From: Geosiphon pyriformis uo1
Lineage: Eukaryota; Fungi; Glomeromycota
Direction of reading: 5' to 3'
Assembly (NCBI GenBank): GCA_016748015.1
Contig: JAAOMT010000503.1
Coordinates: forward strand, 666,534-730,533
Length of the DNA stretch: 64,000 nucleotides
The translations under genes were made by a program, and so were the position numbers. The notes under the pieces were generated by a model. That model was not told where the DNA came from. It saw only the letters and a program-made list of their open reading frames with translations, and made no database searches. This document shows, in pieces, positions 57,717-64,000 of this stretch; the first letter of the stretch is position 1; each line of letters opens with the position of its first letter.

Positions 57717-60700
57717 TTAGGTTTGTGGCATCCTCAACAAACTGTTGGCATTGGTGTTCTTGAATCCTTTCTTGTAATAGACTTTGAGTGAGAATTGTTG
57801 TAGATAAGTACTCCATCTCGTATATTTTCTTTCTAGTTGTGGATTGTTGAGTAACCAAATAAGTCCTTTGTGGTCAGTATATAGGTCAAATAGTTGACTG
57901 AGGTAATGTTTCCAAGTCTGTATGGTCCAATAAATGGCGAGACATTCTAAATCTGTTGTGCTGTAATTTTTTTCTGCTGGGCTAGTGCTGCGACTAGCAT
58001 AAACAACTGGGTGTTCTCTATTGTCTGGTCCTATCTGTGATAAGACTGCTTGTAGAGCATTTTTTGAGGTGTCTGTAGCGACAATGAACCATTTAGTGAA
58101 ATCTGGATAAATCAAAATTAGGGATGTGATCAATTGCTGCTTGAGATAGTCGAATGCTTTCTGTTGATCTTTTTTTCACAAGTACAGTACGTATTTGGAC
58201 AACAATTAATGGAGTGGTTTTGTGATGTTCGAGAAACCTTTGACAAATTGACGATAATATCCTGCTAATTCTAAAAATCCTCGTAATTCTCTGAGGTTGA
58301 TTGGGGCTAGAAAATCCTTGACTTTTTGTACTTTATTTGGATTGGGTTTAACTCCGTCCTTGCCGATTACATGTCCTAGAAATTTTAACTCGGTTTTTCC
58401 AAAGAAGCACTTTTCGGGATTGAGTTTCAATCCAGCACTACAAAGGCATTTGAAAACTTGTTGCAGGTGGAGCAAATGGTTTTCAAATGTTTCAGAGAAC
58501 ATGTTTGTGTCATCTAGGTAGACTACTATTGATTTCCAAAGGATTTTTTTGTATACTACATTTATCAGGCATTGAAACGTGGCAGGAGCATTACAAAGTC
58601 TAAAAGGCATTACATTAAACTCGAAGTTTTTGTCTCAAGTGGTAAACGCTGTTTTTCCTTTGTCTTTGGGATCCATTTCAACTTGCCAGTAACCACTTGC
58701 TAAATCTAATGACAAGAACCATTTCTTTTTCTCTAGATTGTTCAAAATTTCCTGGATAAGGGAAGTGGGATAACTATCTCCTTGCATAATGCTATTTAGT
58801 TTTTGATAATCTATGCAGAATCGCACCTTTCCATTTTTTTTGGTGACCAAGACTACTGGTAAGGACTAAGGGCTTAACAATTCTTTAATTAGGCCATTAT
58901 CAAGCATCTGTTGCACTTCTTGCTTAATTAAGTTATTACTAGATGGGGGTACACGGTAAGCTCGTTGCTTAATTGGTCGAGCATCTTCTATATCAATTTG
59001 ATGCTTTACAATGTCAGTGCGTCTGAACTCATTTTCACTGGCAAAGACATCGGCATACTGATTCAGAAGAACTTTAAGTTGCATTTGTTGCAGGGTACTT
59101 AAATTTCTTAAATTCAATTTATTGATCTCTTCTGGTGTGAACAAATAACTTTCTTTTGGCAAATTCTATACTTGTGAGGTAATGTCACAGAATAAGAATA
59201 ATTGTGCAAAATCTGGAATGGACTGGGGTTTTTCAGGATTCTGACTATCTGCGGATATGGAACTGATGAGAGTTCCTTTGGGGATTTCAATGACATCTTC
59301 TGTTGGGTTGTGGATGGGGATTTTAAAGTGTTTATGGGCTTTGGCCAGTAGGTATAGATTAGTAACATTGGCTAGGGAACAGATTTCAGAACTGGCTTCG
59401 AATAATAGGGCTTGATCTTAGATCTTTTGATTTACCTTGAGGATGTATTGTCAGTATGGGGGAATGGAGATGACAGTGTCAGTGTGGATAAATTCTACCT
59501 GGTCACTGTCTTCCTCCGTGAAATTAACTGGTACATTTCCTCTTCCACTTGATCCAAACCCGTTGATTCTTTGGGCAGTGAGACCTAACTCTTCTTGGGT
59601 TGTTACCGGGGTTAATTGGGGTATTTTGACTAGGGATAGAAAGATAGCTTGGGCAATCTTTTTTTGTGATTCTATTTTGTAGAGTCTGTCTGAATTGTTC
59701 TGTAGCATTACAATAATGTTTCCTATGTAACCAGCATCGATAATTCCTCCTTTTATGTCGATTCTTTTCTTGATTAGACTAGATTGAGAGGCAACTTGTA
59801 TCATTGTACTAACAGGAATTTCTAATGCTATTTTAAGATCTATTTTTACGAGGGAATGTGAGACTATAATGATGGGTGATTGTCCAGGGTATTGTAGATC
59901 AAAACCAGCATCAGTGTCATGTGCTTTTTTAGAACAGATTTCTTCTTCGTTGTCACTGTACCATTTTAGCTCTAGTTCTTTGGATAGGTCAGAATATGCG
60001 AGATACTGTTCTGTTTCAGTATCCTCAGTTGGATCTTGAAACAACATGTCTTCGGTGATCAATACCTCTTCTTTGAATTCAGGTAGTTTGGTAATTGGAA
60101 ACAGTATTCTTGAAGGCGGATTGAACATGAGATCACATTCATCGCAGTACTGGAAATGACAGAGAATCAAACAGTAATCGCATAGTTTGGTATTCAAATC
60201 AGCCAATCTTTGCTCCTGTTCCTCACAAGTTGGGGCCAATTCCTGATATCGGTTCTGAAATGCGTTTGAGTCATCTGTGAAGAAATCATTCTCAGGATAG
60301 TTGGGTCCAGTATATTCGGGCATCCAAAGGTTGTCCTTAATTTCTCATATTTCTTTGGGTGTGGTGCCTTTGGTCTTGGTGCTTGCCATTCTCCAGATTT
60401 TATGGTTATTGTGTGAATAACTGTCTAACCTGTTGAGTGCTCATTTCCAAGTGTCTTTGATGGAAGTTTCCTTTCATACCCAATCATTGATTAATATGGT
60501 GTATTGACAAGTCTTGTCACATGTTCCTCCTCTGCTAGGCACATCATTTCAGAGTTCTTTATCTGGCAGGAGTTTGCCACATGTGAGGCACAGCATATGG
60601 TCCCACTTGCCTTGTTGTTTTGGTCATCCAAATCTTTCCAGTAAACAAGACCTGCAATAGTATTTGGTGGCAGTGGGCCATTCTTTGTTGTCCCCGATAC

Positions 60701-63506
60701 ATGCACCCATAGTGGATAGTTTTTTTCCACAATTGACACATATTAGTCTTGGGAGTTGGTAAAATAAGTTTCTTTGGTCTGAGGTTACGTATCCTAGTGA
60801 TGACAATTGGGGTTCTTCTTCAGCTCTGCCTTTTCTTTTTTCTTCCCAGGTTGATGGTGGGGGTAGTTCAGTTCAATAATCATCTACCCATGAAACCTGA
60901 TAGGTCTCGATGGTTGGTGACATTGATGTGTTTTTGAATTCAATAAGAAGTTCCTCGGTACGTTGGTTTTTAAAGTGTCCGCACATAGCTGGGACTTGGG
61001 CATGCTGTCTGTTAAACGTGAGTTGAAGTTCTTAGGTGTTCCAGTCAAGAGTAGCGTTGGCTTTTGACAACCAGTTATTTCCTATTAGAGCTTGATATTG
61101 AGTAGCTTCTATGATGAGTACTTTGATAGGGATTTGGATTCCATTAATCTCGAAGAGGAAGTTGTCAATTTCTTCTATCGAAGTTTTTGTGTTCCCATCT
61201 GCTGTAATAATCTGGGTGGTAGCAGCATGGTCTACTCGGCGACCTAGTTGGTCCATGAGCTGCTTTGTGATTATGCTACCGGCTGATCCACTATCCAGGA
61301 TTAATTTAATGTCTATTTTTCCGACTCTGGCATCGGTGTATAGAGCCATTATTGGTTTATCTTGATTGATGACTGCTTCACTAAAAAGGCTATGTGTGTT
61401 CAAATTATCAATGTCAAAAGAAAATATGGCGGCTAGAGTAGTGTCTTCAGTAATAGTGGCTGGTAGGATATTGCTTTTTGTTTGCTTGGAAGATTGGGAG
61501 ATTCGTTCTATATTCCCCCCTTTCACAGGTGTAAATTTATCAAAATCCTGGTCTTCCATAAGACCGAGATAAGAAGCTTGATTCGGGTATCCAGTTGGTG
61601 TTGGTTGAGATTGGGCAGGACCACGAGAGATTGGTTGAGATGGTCCACTGTTGGTTTGCACCTGATTGTTGTTGGAATTTTTTCATCCCTGATTATAGTC
61701 TATAGCTCGAAGTCTGGATGGGCTGTAAGGGGAAGTTTGATAGTGAGAGATTGCTTGTGTTATTGGTGGTGGTTGATAATAATTCTGGGGTGGTGGTTGA
61801 GTGTACGGGACTTGTTGTGCATATAGGGGCAGTTGATTCTGAGGTATAGAATATTGGGGTATTATGTTTTGCTGATATCTGGATTGCTGGTATGAGTTTC
61901 CTTGATTTTGGTCCATGATCTTCCTTCTGCAGTCACGGGCAATGTGTCTAGGTTTCTGGTAGTAATAGCAATTATGGGGATCAGATCTCCAAGGTTGTTG
62001 CTGTTACTGACAGTTCTGTTGCTGTGGGTATCTGCTGTTGTTGTTATTTTCTCTCTGTTGGAGTGGTTGGTAAGTTCCTGTAGTTCCGACTAAGAATCTC
62101 TCAATTTTCTGAGTTAGTTTCTCACTCAATTGGATTATCTTTGTGTTAATGTCAGAGGTTCCATTAATGACTAAATTAATGACTTGGGTATGGTTTGCTT
62201 CTTGTTTTGCAGGCTCAAAATTGCGAGTGAAAGTAACGGCATCTTGTAAACTGGTTGGATGGCAAGGTCTTACAGATCTTAGAATACTACTCTGCAATCC
62301 TTTAATGAATTGATTAAGAACTTGCACCATGGTGTAGTAGTCTCTTTTGATAGCTAATATTTGATGCAAGATTTGATTGAATCGTCCAAGATAAGTAGTT
62401 ACTGCTTCATGATCTTTTTGTTTAATTATGCTGAATTGATTTTGCAATCGGATTAACATATTGGAGTTACAAAAGTATTGCAGAAATGCGAGTTTAAACT
62501 CGGTAAAGGAGGTAGGCTTCTCTGCTAGACTCTGGTACCATGAATTGGCGGTTCCGGTCAGAAAAAACAGCAGTGCTTGAACTGTGTGGTCGTCATTTCA
62601 ACCATTAGCGGTAATTGCTTTCTTGGCATCCGCAATCCAAGAATATGCATTATCTTCTTCACCAGAGAATTTTTCCAATTTAGCGATATCCCGGTAAGCC
62701 ATAATTCAGTTAATGGGTGGGGTGTTACTGGTTATGTTTAAGGGGATTGGTGTCCGCATATTTGAGTGTTCTCCAGGTGCTAATGCTGGTTGCTTTCCTT
62801 TGTTGCTTGAACCAATAGGTTGTAAGATAGCTGTTTTTTCCATCAAGGGAGATGCTAATTCTGCTAGGTTTTGTGCTGGTGGCTGTTCCCAAGTTGACAG
62901 GTTTCCTTCTGTTTGACCAGCTGCTGGGGTAAGATTTCCAAACAGCAATCCGTATTCTCCTAATGATTTGGTCCAACTGTGTTGATTCCAAGGGTGTGGA
63001 TTTCCAGGAGTTCATGGTGTTTCTGACTGGGTTTCCAGGGGTGGGTTGAATACAATTATACTTTGGGGTGTCTGATGGTATGATGGAGTTGTTGGGGAGA
63101 GGGCCCTTGGTTTCTTGTTGACTGTGGGCTTGGCTTGGGCAGTTACGGGGTTATTGGATTTGTTTTCATATTCCTCAGAGTCGGATTCCACTGGTTGTTG
63201 TACTTGAGGGAATCGTTGTGCCACATAATATTTAATGTCTGTATCGATTATGTGCAGAGTTTCAGTGATTGCTTAGGTAGTCATGACTGTTGAGTACCCT
63301 AGTAAGCTTTGATAGATTTGTTCTCCAAGTTTTCCTGTATTAGTTACACAGCCTAACAAGCAGTCGATTTTTGCATTGATATAGTTACAAAAATCACTTT
63401 CTATATAAGTGGTTCCTACTGGTATTTCTAGGTCTTTTTGAAAGTATTGAAATAGTGCTTTTCCGTACGAAGAGTGGTCCTTTCCTATTGTTCCAATAGT
63501 CGCCAC
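57717..63506 (-). pseudogene. Element E polyprotein pseudogene; one reading frame from GTG 63506 to TAA 57717
   Basis: All homologous ORF-track fragments (63506, 63224, 62948, 62459, 61916, 61661, 60806, 60323, 59162, 58850, 58610, 58133) are in the same frame; gag, LILDSGSAGS, dUTPase, YLDD, RNase H. Confidence 0.92.
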
Positions 63507-64000
63507 TTTTATGTATTTTTGGGGGTGCTCTGTCTTTGTAGATTTATAACCTCACAGGGAGCACCAAATGTTACAGATAAACTTGGTGAGTATGGGAAAT
63601 GATAATGTTTGGTGCTCTCAATTATTGATGATGCGTCTTCCACGTAATTTTGTTGGCTTAGTCTTGATTATCAGTCTCTGAAGGTCTATTCCTGGATGTG
63701 ATATTTACCCATTGAGTTCTTTGATTATAAGGCACAGAGTTTGTCTTTCGTCGATTGCAACGTTTTTCATAAATGTGAGCTTTTTTCTCCGAGCTAACGA
63801 GCACAGTTGTTAGGGTCTGGCATTGTCTTTTTGCCCTTCTAGTAAGCTAACAAGATAATGTTAATATCCAAAACTTAGAGGGAGCTTCCCTCTTTTACCA
63901 GGCTATCACGAAGTCTATTCCCAGATAGTCAATTTTACTATGTTGCTGCTCCACAAAAAAATAAGACAGAAAAAGAAAAAAAAAAAAAAAGAAAAAAAAA

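Larger units (their letters stand above)
54421..64000 (-). mobile_element. Ty3/Gypsy element E: 3' LTR 54421-55536, PPT ~55540-55552, PBS 63566-63549, 5' LTR from 63569 running off the window end
   Basis: 54421-54850 repeats at 63569-64000; GTAACA end followed by the complement of PPT AAAGAGAGGGA; PBS TGGTGCTCCCTGTGAGGT. Confidence 0.93.

Noticed and set aside
63545-63570. tRNA gene suggested by ...CCTCACAGGGAGCACCA
   Set aside because: Only the 3' ~18 nt are present; this is the complement of the PBS of element E

Overview
Eukaryotic, intron-containing, AT-rich DNA from an early-diverging fungus; gene content and element types suggest Glomeromycotina/Mucoromycota (inference). The window has three zones. 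(1) 1-21.8 kb holds seven conserved genes: a PHD-JmjC histone demethylase, a 1301-aa LRR protein, NAA50, mitochondrial uL30m, succinyl-CoA ligase beta, sterol O-acyltransferase and TSC2/tuberin. (2) 21.8-27.4 kb is an extremely AT-rich tract of hypermutated non-LTR retrotransposon relics. (3) 27.4-64 kb is a nest of five decayed Ty3/Gypsy-type LTR retrotransposons (A-E, three LTR subfamilies). Comparing the copies recovers an unusual shared design: LTR, a U5 hairpin pairing with the PBS, and a GTG-initiated single ORF (N-terminal extension, Gag, PR, Cys-rich domain, dUTPase, dUTPase-like repeat, RT, RNase H) ending in a stop. The integrase follows as a separate ATG-initiated ORF in another frame, then an uncharacterised non-env ORF3, the PPT and the 3' LTR. 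Differences between copies look almost entirely C>T/G>A, with a context bias unlike classical CpA RIP. All calls come from reading the sequence; no searches were run.
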